A stretch of DNA of 64,000 nt. Origin: an uncultured cyanobacterium (lineage in GTDB: Bacteria > Cyanobacteriota > Cyanobacteriia > Cyanobacteriales > Cyanobacteriaceae). A program made the translations under genes and the position numbers. Below the pieces are notes generated by a model. The model saw only the letters and a list, made by a program, of their open reading frames with translations. It had not been told where the DNA came from and searched no databases. Of the stretch, positions 32,743 through 43,810 are shown in pieces (positions within the stretch are counted from its first letter, which is position 1; the number at the start of each line of letters is the position of its first letter). Where the stretch lies: contig CAVVOP010000027.1 of NCBI GenBank assembly GCA_963749915.1, positions 64,001 to 128,000 of the forward strand, read 5' to 3'.

Positions 32743-34161
32743 TTAAGACATCCATTCGCTATGGAAAAATTCACCACGAGGTTTATCTATACGCTCATAA
32801 GTATGCGCACCGAAATAATCCCGTTGTGCTTGGGTTAAATTCTGAGGAAGGCGAGCACTTCTATAGCTATCAAAATAGTTAAGAGACGCACTAAAAGCGG
32901 GAACAGGAATACCCATTTTATTCGCTAAAACCAACACATCCCGCCATGCCTGTTGACGGTCAAGGATACTTTGTTTAAACTCAGGGGCAAGGAGTAAATT
33001 GGCTAGATTAGGATTGTCGGTAAAAGCCTTGTTGATTTTCCCTAGAAAACCAGCTTTTATGATACAACCACCTTTCCAAATTCGGGCAACTTCAGGTAAA
33101 TTGACATTGTAATTATATTCCGTCGAAGCCTTAGCTATCAAAGCCATACCTTGAGCATAAGAACACATTTTTGAGCAGTATAAAGCATCCCTAATTTTAG
33201 AGATAAAACTGTCCACATCGCCGTCAAATTTCTCCGTGATCCCTATTAACTCTTTTGCGGCCACAATCCGTTCTTCCTTATAGCTAGAGATGCTTCTTGC
33301 ATATACCGCCGCATAAATAGTGGGAATAGGTACGCCTAAATCTAAAGAACTGATCACAGTCCAGCTTCCCGTACCTTTTTGCCCCGCCGCATCCACAATT
33401 AAATCAATTAAATGTTTGCCTGTTTCGGGATCTTTTTTCGGAAAAATATTAGCAGTAATCTCGATTAAGAAAGAATTTAGCTCATCAGTAGTATTCCAAT
33501 CGGAAAATACTTTGTGTAACTGTTCATTGCTTAATCCTAGTCCATTTTTCAATAAATCATAAGCTTCAGCAATTAACTGCATATCCCCGTACTCAATGCC
33601 GTTGTGAACCATTTTAACGTAATGACCGGCACCACGAGGACCAATATAGGTTACACAAGCACCATCATCCACTTGGGCAGCAATTTTTGTTAGAATGGGC
33701 TCAAGCTCATGATATGCGGCTTCTGTACCTCCGGGCATCAATGAAGGACCATTTAAAGCACCTTCTTCACCGCCACTTACTCCCATGCCCATAAACCCTA
33801 AACCGGTTGCTTCAAGCTCATTAGTGCGTCTTTCAGTGTCTTCATAGAGGGAATTACCACCATCGATAATCATATCTCCCTCATCGAGTAAAGGCTTCAA
33901 TTGTTGAATAACTCCATCCACAGGTGCACCTGCTTTCACCATTACCAATATTTTACGAGGACGTTCGAGAGTTTGCACAAATTCTTCTAAAGAATAGGCC
34001 GCCTTAACGTCTTTATCTTTAGCCCTTGTATTCATAAATTCTTCTGTTTTATTAGGACTACGGTTATACACGGCGATGGGAAATCCTCTGCTTTCTACAT
34101 TAAGGGCGAGATTTTCCCCCATAACGGCTAATCCAATTACTCCAAAGGTTCTTTTGGTCAT
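32743..34161 (-). CDS. gnd: 6-phosphogluconate dehydrogenase (NADP+, decarboxylating)
   Basis: [35 protein letters not shown]. Confidence 0.97.
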   Translation of the reverse strand: MTKRTFGVIGLAVMGENLALNVESRGFPIAVYNRSPNKTEEFMNTRAKDKDVKAAYSLEEFVQTLERPRKILVMVKAGAPVDGVIQQLKPLLDEGDMIIDGGNSLYEDTERRTNELEATGLGFMGMGVSGGEEGALNGPSLMPGGTEAAYHELEPILTKIAAQVDDGACVTYIGPRGAGHYVKMVHNGIEYGDMQLIAEAYDLLKNGLGLSNEQLHKVFSDWNTTDELNSFLIEITANIFPKKDPETGKHLIDLIVDAAGQKGTGSWTVISSLDLGVPIPTIYAAVYARSISSYKEERIVAAKELIGITEKFDGDVDSFISKIRDALYCSKMCSYAQGMALIAKASTEYNYNVNLPEVARIWKGGCIIKAGFLGKINKAFTDNPNLANLLLAPEFKQSILDRQQAWRDVLVLANKMGIPVPAFSASLNYFDSYRSARLPQNLTQAQRDYFGAHTYERIDKPRGEFFHSEWMS

Positions 34162-34334
34162 AAACAATTCCTATCTTTGATAAATTTATTTACTTTCAGG
34201 TTAACTCGATCTTCTGAGAATGGTTCACAAAGATTTTCTTGAGATTGTATTCGATCATGAGTTCGACGTTAGGAATTAGAAGACCCTTGAAAAAATATTT
34301 ACTTTTGCTTTTGTTTACCATCAACGATCTATTG

Positions 34335-35522
34335 TTACCAAGTAATTGCCTTTCTCTCACGCAAAATTAACCCATAAACGGCGACAGTTTGTTCGGCTAG
34401 TTTTGACCATTGAAAGCGCCTACTTAAATCTTCATAGGCATTATTTACCAGTAATTGCGCATAGTCATGATTTCTTAATACTTCTAATATTCCCCATGCT
34501 AAAGAGTCAGGATTATTAGTTTGTGTCACCATGCCTGTTTGTCCGTGTCTTACAACTTCTGGTAGCCCTCCCGTATCCGAGACTACCACTGGTACACGAG
34601 AAGCAAAACTTTCCAGGACAACAATGCCGAAAGGTTCGTATAAACTAGGGAAAACTGCACAATCTGCCACCGTCTGAAATTGGTTGAGATCTTCATCAGA
34701 CATGAATCCAGTAAAATAACATCGTTCCCATATTCCTAAGTCATGGGCCAAGTTTTTGACATAGTTAGTATTTCCGCCGCCGATAATCACAAATTTCGCC
34801 TTTTTTTCCAAGGTTTCCAAGATTTTGGGTGCGGCATTTAATAAAATGTGAATCCCTTTCTCATAAGTCATTCTACCCACATAATAGATTATCTTTTCCT
34901 CATCCCCGGCAAATTTGCGCCTAAATTGCCAACAATTAAAATTTGGCGATCGCTGTTTTTTTTCCGGGCGAATGCCATTATAAATCACGTCAATTTTATC
35001 CCAAGGACAACCTAAAGCTTGGTTAAGTTCATGACGCATATAACCACTGCAAACAATTACCCGCCATGATTCGTAAACTAAAATACCTTCTTTACTATCG
35101 ATATAGGCGTGGGTTTCGTTGTGAATACCGTTATGCCTACCATATTCCGTGGCGTGAATGGTAGTAACCAGGGGAATTTTAAAATTATGCTTAAGGGCAA
35201 TTCCACAATCAGCGACTAACCAATCATGGGCATGAATTATATCAAAAGTTCCAATTTGATGGATTAAATTCTCTGCCGTTGCCCTCATTACATCATTCAT
35301 GTGGGCAACCCATTGAAAAAAATTATCATTAGGAGGAATAGAAATACGGTAAACTTTAACACCTTCGACAATCTCAAATTTAGGTGCATTAGCAAATTCA
35401 AGGGTTATTAAATGTACATCATGACCTAATTGGACAATTTCAGGATATAATTCTGCTACATGACGTGCGATACCCCCTATAATTCTCGGCGGAAATTCCC
35501 ATGATAGCACCAGTATTTTCAC
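34335..35522 (-). CDS. GT4-family glycosyltransferase
   Basis: WEFPPRIIGG, HAHDW, PSLYEPFGIVVLE. Confidence 0.92.
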   Translation of the reverse strand: MKILVLSWEFPPRIIGGIARHVAELYPEIVQLGHDVHLITLEFANAPKFEIVEGVKVYRISIPPNDNFFQWVAHMNDVMRATAENLIHQIGTFDIIHAHDWLVADCGIALKHNFKIPLVTTIHATEYGRHNGIHNETHAYIDSKEGILVYESWRVIVCSGYMRHELNQALGCPWDKIDVIYNGIRPEKKQRSPNFNCWQFRRKFAGDEEKIIYYVGRMTYEKGIHILLNAAPKILETLEKKAKFVIIGGGNTNYVKNLAHDLGIWERCYFTGFMSDEDLNQFQTVADCAVFPSLYEPFGIVVLESFASRVPVVVSDTGGLPEVVRHGQTGMVTQTNNPDSLAWGILEVLRNHDYAQLLVNNAYEDLSRRFQWSKLAEQTVAVYGLILRERKAITW

Positions 35523-35598
35523 TTTCCTTATTCCTAAACAATTTACTACTAATCAGTGATTAATAAATAATAATCAATTTTTACTTTTTACTTAATCC

Positions 35599-36240
35599 AT
35601 GTTGGAAAATTGGCTATCTGTTTTACAGGATAATCGTCTAATTGGGGTGATTCGCACTGATAATCTGAAAATGGGGCTAAAAATGGCCTATGCTTTAGCT
35701 CAAGGAGGTGTTAAACTAATTGAAATTACATGGAATAGCACACAACCAGCAAAGTTAATTACCACTTTAAGGCAAGAATTGCCCCATTGTTCCATCGGTG
35801 CCGGTACAATTGTCCATCATCGAGATTTAGTTACTGCAATCGATGCCGGAATCCAATTTTGTTTTAGTCCTCATTTTGATTCAAACTTACTAAATTTTGC
35901 TCATAATCGTGATATTCCTTATATTCCAGGTGCTTTATCTCCTTCGGAAATAATTAATGCTTTTAACGGAGGTGCGAAAACCGTAAAAGTTTTTCCTATT
36001 CAAGCTGTGGGTGGAGTGAACTATATAAAAAGTATTCGATCGCCTCTCAATAATATTCCTCTAATTCCCACAGGCGGTGTTACAATACAAGATGCGCAAG
36101 ATTATATCAAAGCAGGGGCGATCGCTGTAGGGTTATCAACGGACTTATTTCCAGAAGATTTATTAAAAGAAAAAAAATGGGAGATAATTTCCGAAAGAGT
36201 GAATCAAATTCAACAACTATTAGTTAGCATTAATAACTGA
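35599..36240 (+). CDS. eda: KDPG/KHG aldolase
   Basis: IEIT, IGAGT, SP, PG..SPSE, VKVFP, PTGGV. Confidence 0.92.
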   Translation: MLENWLSVLQDNRLIGVIRTDNLKMGLKMAYALAQGGVKLIEITWNSTQPAKLITTLRQELPHCSIGAGTIVHHRDLVTAIDAGIQFCFSPHFDSNLLNFAHNRDIPYIPGALSPSEIINAFNGGAKTVKVFPIQAVGGVNYIKSIRSPLNNIPLIPTGGVTIQDAQDYIKAGAIAVGLSTDLFPEDLLKEKKWEIISERVNQIQQLLVSINN

Positions 36241-36376
36241 ATAATGAATAATTTGGTCATAAATTTTGTTTGTGGATTCTCAAAGGATATTTCATTGAAT
36301 ACACAGTAATTTTCCATTGCCCATTGTCCATTATAAATGTACTTATTATTTACTAAATTTTTGTGAGGTGGAGTAA

Positions 36377-36772
36377 ATGTCTTCTAACGCATCTTTGAAT
36401 AAAATTAGATCAGGGAACAATAGTCGTGGCCAATCAATATTAGCAAATAGAACCTTAAAAAAAGAGAAAATACAAAAAAAAAGAGCCAACCTCGAAAAAG
36501 CTATCGAAACTAGCCTAAAAATATTTGCTAATGTAGGAATTTCTGTTTTAGCAATTTTTAGTATCAAACATCTTTTACCCTACCACTTAGCACAACAAGA
36601 AAAAATAGCAGAAATCGACGGCGAAATAGCGAAAATCAAACCGAGAGTGGAAAAACTCCAAGAAGATTTCGGGACCACCTTCGATCCCAAACTAACCCGG
36701 AAAGTTATGGAAAAAAACACCTACAAGGTCGACCCTAACTTAAGTCCGGTCTTTTTTACCAACAGAAAATGA
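36377..36772 (+). CDS. Bitopic coiled-coil protein (FtsL/DivIC-like, cyanobacterial)
   Basis: Basic N-terminus, one TM, LLPYH..QQ.K..E coiled coil. Confidence 0.65.
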   Translation: MSSNASLNKIRSGNNSRGQSILANRTLKKEKIQKKRANLEKAIETSLKIFANVGISVLAIFSIKHLLPYHLAQQEKIAEIDGEIAKIKPRVEKLQEDFGTTFDPKLTRKVMEKNTYKVDPNLSPVFFTNRK

Positions 36773-36931
36773 GGCAAACAATTCCGGGTTTTGGAATTCA
36801 GTTATCACGAAACGAATCCCACCCCCAACCATGAAAATCTATTTTCAAGTTAGATTCCGGGGTTATAATGTTTTTTCAGAATCAATTCACCTGCCACCTC
36901 CTAATGGGGGAAGAAAACCCCCCTACTTTAT

Positions 36932-37078
36932 TTATAGTGGCGATTTTTCCTTATAGGGCTCACCTTCAAAAGGTTGCACTCCAATTTCCGGAGGTGACTC
37001 CTCAGGCCGACTAAAAATCCGGGTAAAGCCTTCCGTTAAATATTTAGTGATGTTTCCGAACATTTTGATGATATTCAT
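36932..37078 (-). CDS. atpT: 48-aa microprotein, probable ATP synthase inhibitor AtpTheta (Norf1)
   Basis: MNIIKMFGNITKYLTEGFTRIFSRPEESPPEIGVQPFEGEPYKEKSPL; AGGAGG RBS; downstream hairpin 36906-36923; below the ORF-track length cut-off. Confidence 0.75.
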   Translation of the reverse strand: MNIIKMFGNITKYLTEGFTRIFSRPEESPPEIGVQPFEGEPYKEKSPL

Positions 37079-37472
37079 AACCCAATTCCTCCTAATTTAG
37101 CTATATCTCAGGGGATATGGTCATCAACTTCCACCGACAACCATAAGACGAGAAACAACTTTATTAAAAACGCCAAAATTAAACTTTAATCTTTTAACTT
37201 CTTATTGATCCCCTCAGTTTCTATTATTAGCTATCAAAGACTTACTGGGTTAAATTGTTAAGATTTTTTATTGATTATTAGCATTGCTTAATATTTAGTA
37301 ACATTAAACAAGAAAATTGGTGTCATTAATCAGCAAAAAAGAATCATTGGCCCTAAATATACTTATTTTATCTCAAAAATAATTAGTTTAATCTTGATCC
37401 CTAACATTTAATGTAATAAGTAATAAGTAATAACTGAATATATTTTATTAATCATAAACAAATTTAAAAGAT

Positions 37473-38438
37473 ATGATAACCAAAATAGCCGTTGTTGGGG
37501 CTGGAATAGCAGGTTTAACCATAGCGAAAAAATTGACAAATCGAGGGTTCTCAGTAGATATTTTCGATAAGGGTAGAGCAGTTGGTGGTAGAATGTCTAG
37601 CAGAAGAACACAATGGGGTTATCTTGATCATGGGACGCAGTATTTTACCGTCAAAAACCCTGTTTTTCAAGATTTTCTGGCACAAAATAAAAAATTTGTC
37701 AAGGTATGGACTGGAAAATTTGCCTGTTGGCGGGATGGAGAGTTAACAACTATCGAGCCTGAAAATTCCCGATATGTACCAACTTTAGCCATGAATAATC
37801 TGTGTAAAAATATGGCAATAGGATTAAATGTAAAGTTACAAACCCGCATTATCCGTTTAGAGAAAGGCCAAAAATGGATATTAATCGACGAAAACCAGCA
37901 AAAATACTCAGATTATGATTATGTGATGATTACCGCACCTCCAATACAAACCATCGATTTATTAGCTAATCACACTACCATCACAGAATCTATTAGTAAA
38001 TTAAAAATGTTCCCCTGTTATAGCTTAATGTTGGTACCTGAAAATAAGCTAGATTTGGCTTTCGATGCCATTGAATTTCAACATCCGATACTCCGTTGGA
38101 TTGCTGCCAATGATAGTAAACCTTCGCGAGGGGAAAAAGGCAGTATCATCATTCAATCGAATCTTACTTGGACTGAGATCAATTTAGAAAAAAGTAAAGA
38201 TTCTGTCGGAAAAATATTGAAAAATACCGCCGCCGATATTTTAAATATTCAGTTTAATCATAGTCTTTATGAGTCTGTGCACTTATGGCGTTATGCTATA
38301 TCTAAACAACCTAATGATCAAGGTTACTATTTAGATAAGTCTAATAATATCGGTGTTTGCGGTGACTGGTGTTTGAATGGTAAGGTCGAATCCGCTTTTT
38401 TAAGTGGCCATTTTCTAGCAGAAGAAATTCGTGGTTAA
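37473..38438 (+). CDS. Renalase-like FAD-dependent oxidoreductase
   Basis: GAGIAG, DKGRAVGGRMSSRR, DHGTQYF, HLWRYA, CGDWC. Confidence 0.9.
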   Translation: MITKIAVVGAGIAGLTIAKKLTNRGFSVDIFDKGRAVGGRMSSRRTQWGYLDHGTQYFTVKNPVFQDFLAQNKKFVKVWTGKFACWRDGELTTIEPENSRYVPTLAMNNLCKNMAIGLNVKLQTRIIRLEKGQKWILIDENQQKYSDYDYVMITAPPIQTIDLLANHTTITESISKLKMFPCYSLMLVPENKLDLAFDAIEFQHPILRWIAANDSKPSRGEKGSIIIQSNLTWTEINLEKSKDSVGKILKNTAADILNIQFNHSLYESVHLWRYAISKQPNDQGYYLDKSNNIGVCGDWCLNGKVESAFLSGHFLAEEIRG

Positions 38439-38492
38439 ATGTTGATTTAAAAGCAGCTATTTCTCAAGCTAACTTCCGCGGTTTGATTCATA

Positions 38493-38624
38493 TAGACCTC
38501 TTGCAAAAGTCAAAAAATCTGGTCGTCAGAGGAGTCAGGAGTCAGGAGTCAGAAAGGCTTTTCCAATCCAAAATCCAAAATCCAAAATTACCTAACCGAG
38601 AAATCTATTTTTGCAAGAGGTCTA
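38493..38624. mobile_element. MITE-like element (132 bp) with perfect 16-bp terminal inverted repeats
   Basis: TAGACCTCTTGCAAAA ... TTTTGCAAGAGGTCTA; internal (GGAGTCA)n and (AATCCAA)n heptamers. Confidence 0.85.
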
Positions 38625-38625
38625 A

Positions 38626-40008
38626 TTATTTCGTTGCCTCTTCTAACCACACAGGAGGTAGTTGACTTGGACGCTCAGGTAATTCCATTAAGCCCATTTC
38701 TGTTAAGCGGATGACGGTTTTTAATGATTCTACTAAACTAGGATCAAATCTGACACCGCTATAACTCTCACATTTGGCGAAGGCTTCTAAAAGACTATAG
38801 GCTTGTCTGTTGCCTCTGGGTTGAGTTAATTCTTGGAAATAGCTCACTAATCCCAAAATTCTCGATTCTAAGGGGATTTCTGTGGCTTTTAAACCATCTG
38901 GATTACCGCTACCATCCCAATATTCTAATTGATGAAAGACTATTTTTGTGATTGGTTCTAATTCGTTCATAGAGGCTAATAAACGAGCTCCCAAAATTGA
39001 CCGATCGCACCAAAACTTATAATGATTAGAGTCTAATTGATCGAGATCGTCTGTAAAAACCTCTATTGGTGCTTCAGCCAAACCGATACGAAATAATAAC
39101 CCAGCTAATCTTAACCGTCTTAGTTGAAGGGTTGGTAAGTCGAGAATCTGCCCTAATGTTTCCGCCAAAGCCGCTACCTGTAAGGAAGCGTAAGGGTTAA
39201 AGGGGTCATTGTGATCAACTTTTTGTGCCATTCTCAGAAAGGCTTGAAGTTTACTGGCGGCAAGATTACGACTGAGTTTTAATGCTTGTCCTTCTAAATC
39301 CCTTAATTCCCTTGTTTGACGGTTAACGGTGACTAATTCCTGTTGACTGGTTTGTAAGTAAGACACAATGCGACTGACGACCCCTGTTAAATCCACTGTA
39401 CCAGAAGGGGAAATGTCTTTTATTTGTAATCGCATTTCCTCCAATTTATGGGCGAGGGGAGGATTATAAGGCTTCATCCGTTGAGTTAAAATATCGATCG
39501 CCTTTTCCACTAAAATTCGGTCAAATGTCCATAACCCATAAAACTTTCTCTCTGTATCGATTTGCGGTTGACTTGCAGCCCGATATTCTTCTGGCGAAAG
39601 TTCATGACAAAGCAACATCGCTGCATAATCTGGAGCTAAAATAACTAAATTCCATTCTTCGACAAGACTATCATCTTCCTGTAAATTAACCAATGCCACG
39701 TTATCTAATTGACTGGTGCGGTGGGAGGCAAAACCACTACTTGCCACTGCTGCGATCGCCACTTGTCGGCAATGTTGTGCTAAATCCCAATATCGATCAG
39801 CCTCTTGAATATACCATTTCCCCTGTTGAAAAGTAACCAACACTAAAGGACTATATATCTCATCCTCATAAGTATGCTCTAAGATATGATCCTCTAAAGC
39901 ATGACAAAGTGCAACAAGAGTGTTTTTATAATAAACACCGTAACTAGAAGGCAATTTACCTTCAGGAAGACTCATTCTTAACTGATGGAGGGTAGATTCT
40001 GGTTGCAT
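38626..40008 (-). CDS. DICT sensory domain plus degenerate HD-GYP-like domain protein
   Basis: YYKNTLVALCHALED..TFQ..KWY..EADRY (DICT); HQLEYWDGSGNPDGL..EIPLESRIL, RFDP; FRIG replaces the HD motif. Confidence 0.8.
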   Translation of the reverse strand: MQPESTLHQLRMSLPEGKLPSSYGVYYKNTLVALCHALEDHILEHTYEDEIYSPLVLVTFQQGKWYIQEADRYWDLAQHCRQVAIAAVASSGFASHRTSQLDNVALVNLQEDDSLVEEWNLVILAPDYAAMLLCHELSPEEYRAASQPQIDTERKFYGLWTFDRILVEKAIDILTQRMKPYNPPLAHKLEEMRLQIKDISPSGTVDLTGVVSRIVSYLQTSQQELVTVNRQTRELRDLEGQALKLSRNLAASKLQAFLRMAQKVDHNDPFNPYASLQVAALAETLGQILDLPTLQLRRLRLAGLLFRIGLAEAPIEVFTDDLDQLDSNHYKFWCDRSILGARLLASMNELEPITKIVFHQLEYWDGSGNPDGLKATEIPLESRILGLVSYFQELTQPRGNRQAYSLLEAFAKCESYSGVRFDPSLVESLKTVIRLTEMGLMELPERPSQLPPVWLEEATK

Positions 40009-40224
40009 TCTTACATAGAGAATAGAAAGTTAATAATTACTAATTACATCCTAGCTCACTATTAACTATTATTAAATTAATAATCCTTAACTCAAATTTA
40101 CTTCTTTCAAAATCCAAAATTATCCGTTCCCAGTCCCTCAAAACTATCTTGACAGACCACTAGTCATCATAAGGATTTTAGCCTTTTCTTAAGAGAATTT
40201 TATTTTTGTGGATCTCTGACCATT

Positions 40225-40249
40225 AAAAAAGGGTGCATGGCTTGCACCC
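40225..40249 (-). terminator. Intrinsic terminator of the PEP-CTERM gene
   Basis: GGGTGCA-AGCCA-TGCACCC-TTTTTT on the minus strand. Confidence 0.75.
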
Positions 40250-40301
40250 CTGAAATGTACTTTGATTATTCTTCTAGCCTTCTCAGCTTACTTCTGGTGC
40301 T

Positions 40302-40956
40302 TTAAGCAGGACTTGAACCACGCTTTTTTTTGAAGAGGGTACCGAGTCCTAAAGCCATTCCAGTACCGAGGATGGTGAGAGGTTCAGGAACCGTTTGAAC
40401 TACAGCTCCATATTCACCAGCATTGCCACCAGCAATATCTGCAAAGGTTAATTCTTCACCACCAACAGGAACAAGGCCTATTCCCGGAAGGCTAACTAGA
40501 GCCTGCGAAGAGACAGTTTCTTCAAAAGCAACCCCATTGTTACCATCAAACGAACCGAGGAATTGGCCTGGTAAAAAAGTCACAGATACACCGTTAGCAA
40601 AATCGAAGACGAGGTTGTTTGTAAGGTTGTAAATAAAGTCAGTACCTACATTTGAATCCCATTCGAACGTTCCCACAGCAGGAGGCTACGTCGTAGAAAT
40701 CAGGGACCGTAGGGAAAAAAGGAGCAAATGAACCAATAGCCTCGAAAACTGCCGCTACCCCTCCAGGGCTAAAGGTGACGTCAAAAGAATCACCTGCACC
40801 AGGATTAACATCTTCGAAGAAGTTGCTGGTTGAATTATCCCATTGTAGTTCACCAAAACCGATAGCTTGAGCAGGAGCGAAGCTAGTTACCGCGATCGTA
40901 CTTACGACAGCGACGCCCGCGGCAGTAAATTTGCTCAATAAATTGAGTTTTTCCAT
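40302..40956 (-). pseudogene. PEP-CTERM exosortase-target protein split by a +1 frameshift at ~40683-40686
   Basis: Upstream ORF has a signal peptide (APAQA); downstream ORF ends VPEPLTILG-TM-KKKR; removing 1 nt gives one 217-aa ORF. Confidence 0.85.
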
Positions 40957-41079
40957 TTTTACCTATGTATTTATTTAAATATTTCCACTTAGAGCCTAAA
41001 CCACAAAAATCAAATTGTCAAGTGTTTTCGCTAAAATTACGGTTAAACATCTTTAATTTACGTAGTTTAATTTACGTGG

Positions 41080-42888
41080 TTAAGAATCGAGTTTTAACAC
41101 CGCCATGAATGCAGATTGTGGTACATCTACCGTACCGATCGATTTCATGCGTTTTTTACCCTTAGCCTGTTTCTGTAATAGTTTTTTCTTACGGCTAATG
41201 TCACCGCCGTAACATTTCGCCAAAACGTCTTTTCTGAGGGCGGGAATATGTTCACTGGCGATAATTTTTGCCCCTATCGCCGCTTGAATTGGCACTTTAA
41301 ATTGATGACGTGGAATCAATTCTTTGAGTTTTTCTGTCAAAGCTCGTCCAACATTATAAGCTTTATCTCGGTGAACAATCATGGCTAAAGCATCAACAGG
41401 ATCTTTATTTACCATAATATCTAAGCGAATTAAGGGATTTTCTCGGAAACCAATTAATTGATATTCCATACTGGCATAACCACGAGAGCGGGATTTCAGT
41501 TGATCAAAAAAGTCTGTTACTACTTCCGCCAAAGGTAATTCGTAGATTAAATTAGTACGGTTGATGGTAAAATATTTCATGTCCACAAACACACCCCGCC
41601 GAGTTTGACATAAATCCATCAAAGTTCCCACATAATTTTCAGGGGTAATAATATCAACTTTAATATAAGGCTCTTCTATTTTTACCCGTTTTTGCGGATC
41701 CGGTAGGGCACTGGGATTATCAATTTCAATTACCTCTCCATCGGTGGTAGTAACCCGATAAACTACAGAAGGAGCGGTGGTAATTAAGTCCAAATCATAT
41801 TCTCTTTCTAAACGTTCTTGAACAATTTCCATATGTAGTAAACCCAAGAAACCACAACGAAAACCAAAACCCATGGCACTGGAGGTTTCAGGCTCAAAAG
41901 ATAACGCCGCATCGTTTAATTTTAGCTTTTCTAAAGCGTCTTTCAAATCTCCATACTGATCCGCATCGATGGGGAACAACCCACAAAATACCATCGGTTT
42001 TGCTTCGGTATAACCGGGTAATGCTTCGGAGGCAGGTTTATTAGCTAAGGTTATAGTATCCCCTACCCTTGCGTCTCCTACCGCTTTAATTGCCGCTGCC
42101 AAATAACCCACCTCTCCTGCATGTAATTCATCCACCTGAATTTGTGTGGGGGATAGTATGCCCACTTCGTCTAATTCGTACTGTTTTCCTGACGCCATTA
42201 ACAGGATGCGATCGCCTTTTTTGATGCTACCATCCATAACTCGGAAATAAACAATAACCCCCCGATAAGGATCATAATAACTATCAAAAATTAAAGCTCT
42301 TAAAGGTTTATGGGTAGCATCCTCCGGTGGTGGAACCTGGGCGATAATGGACTCTAAAATATCGTCAATGCCGATTCCAGCCTTTGCGGAAGCGTGAATA
42401 ATATGACTACAATCTAAGCCAACAACATCTTCAATTTCTTTTATAACTCTTTCTGGTTCAGCACCGGGTAAATCAATTTTATTTAAAACAGGGATAATTT
42501 CTAAATTATTTTCTAAGGCAAGATAAACATTCGCTAAAGTTTGTGCTTCTACCCCTTGAGAGGCATCAACCACTAACAAAGCACCTTCGCAGGCGGCAAG
42601 AGAACGGGATACCTCATAGGAAAAATCCACGTGGCCGGGGGTATCGATCAAATTTAAGACATAATCTTCGCCATCTCTAGCCTTATAGTTCATTCGGGCG
42701 GCTTGAAGTTTAATAGTAATACCCCTTTCACGCTCCAAATCCATATTATCAAGGAATTGGGCTTTCATATCCCGATCTCCCACAGTGCCTGTTACCTGTA
42801 ACAAACGGTCTGCTAAAGTAGATTTACCGTGATCAATATGGGCAATAATCGAAAAATTGCGCAGTCGTTTAACAGGAGCGTCAGTCAT
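41080..42888 (-). CDS. lepA: Translation elongation factor 4
   Basis: [44 protein letters not shown]. Confidence 0.98.
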   Translation of the reverse strand: MTDAPVKRLRNFSIIAHIDHGKSTLADRLLQVTGTVGDRDMKAQFLDNMDLERERGITIKLQAARMNYKARDGEDYVLNLIDTPGHVDFSYEVSRSLAACEGALLVVDASQGVEAQTLANVYLALENNLEIIPVLNKIDLPGAEPERVIKEIEDVVGLDCSHIIHASAKAGIGIDDILESIIAQVPPPEDATHKPLRALIFDSYYDPYRGVIVYFRVMDGSIKKGDRILLMASGKQYELDEVGILSPTQIQVDELHAGEVGYLAAAIKAVGDARVGDTITLANKPASEALPGYTEAKPMVFCGLFPIDADQYGDLKDALEKLKLNDAALSFEPETSSAMGFGFRCGFLGLLHMEIVQERLEREYDLDLITTAPSVVYRVTTTDGEVIEIDNPSALPDPQKRVKIEEPYIKVDIITPENYVGTLMDLCQTRRGVFVDMKYFTINRTNLIYELPLAEVVTDFFDQLKSRSRGYASMEYQLIGFRENPLIRLDIMVNKDPVDALAMIVHRDKAYNVGRALTEKLKELIPRHQFKVPIQAAIGAKIIASEHIPALRKDVLAKCYGGDISRKKKLLQKQAKGKKRMKSIGTVDVPQSAFMAVLKLDS

Positions 42889-43018
42889 AAATTTTATTTT
42901 CTCTGAATCAATAAATTTAGCGGATAAACAATTAATGTTTCTTAACTTATTTTAATATCTCTGTGGGAAATTGACACTCTCACCGTTAACCCTACGGGTG
43001 TAACGGGAGATTCTTGGC

Positions 43019-43580
43019 TCACAGACTCTTAACTAGATTAAACAAGTTTAGTTGCTTAACCCCCGTCAGAACGTCTCCACAAGCATTTTGAATCACGGGC
43101 TGTCCGACCGCAATTAATCCCCTATTTTTAATTACTTTTGCACTAGCAACGTCTCTTTGCTCTTGGTATCCACAAAACTGACAACGGTGTACTCTCTCAC
43201 TTAAACTAACTTTCCCCACAGGGGCATCAGGACATTGCTCAAGAGATTGAAAAGTTAGCATCACATAATAACCACTAGCTTTTTTGAATATACGGGCTTG
43301 TTTAGCCTCAAAACCGGTGGGATAATCTCTTGATTGTTTAATCAATAGCCATCCTAATTGTGGTAGCTTTACCTTTCCTTGACCCAAACAATTTTTAACC
43401 ATGGCGGGAAAAACAAAGCTTCTCATCTTCTTTTTAAATCTGGGAAAGCCGTTACCTTTCGCTCTCATGTCAGAAAAAGCTCTGTCTAAGGTTTTTAAAG
43501 TTTGTTGTAAAACTTGAGCATTCACTGACTTTAGCTGAAGATTCGATTTTTTGGCTGTGGTTAAATTTTTAGCTTGAATA
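43019..43580 (-). pseudogene. tnpB: Truncated tnpB (RuvC-I/II region and N-terminus deleted)
   Basis: AQVLQQTLKTLDRAF, GFPRFKK, then a jump from GKVSL to SERVHRCQFCG..RDVASAKVI. Confidence 0.85.
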
Positions 43581-43631
43581 AGGCAAAATTGGCTTGAGTT
43601 ATGATTGGATTGTATAACTTAATGCTTTAAA

Positions 43632-43810
43632 ATGTCAAGCAATTATCATAAAGGTTTTAGATCTGTCTATAAACTTACTGCTCATGTTGTTTTGGGGACT
43701 AAATATCGTAGAAAAGGACAGGTGCTTATTTTGTAGCAGTTGTGAACCGGTGTTTACGATAAGTCAGTTAAAGAAATATGTTGAAAATCAAAAACCACCT
43801 ACCAAAAGGA
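43632..43810 (+). pseudogene. tnpA: IS200-type tnpA (Y1 transposase) remnant
   Basis: MSSNYHKGFRSVYKLTAHVVLGTKYRRK followed out of frame by TGAYFVA and ISQLKKYVENQ; central HUH segment missing. Confidence 0.8.

Noticed and set aside
38483..38665. 60-aa ORF (VRSQES/IQNPK)
   Set aside because: Translation of the MITE and its heptamer repeats.
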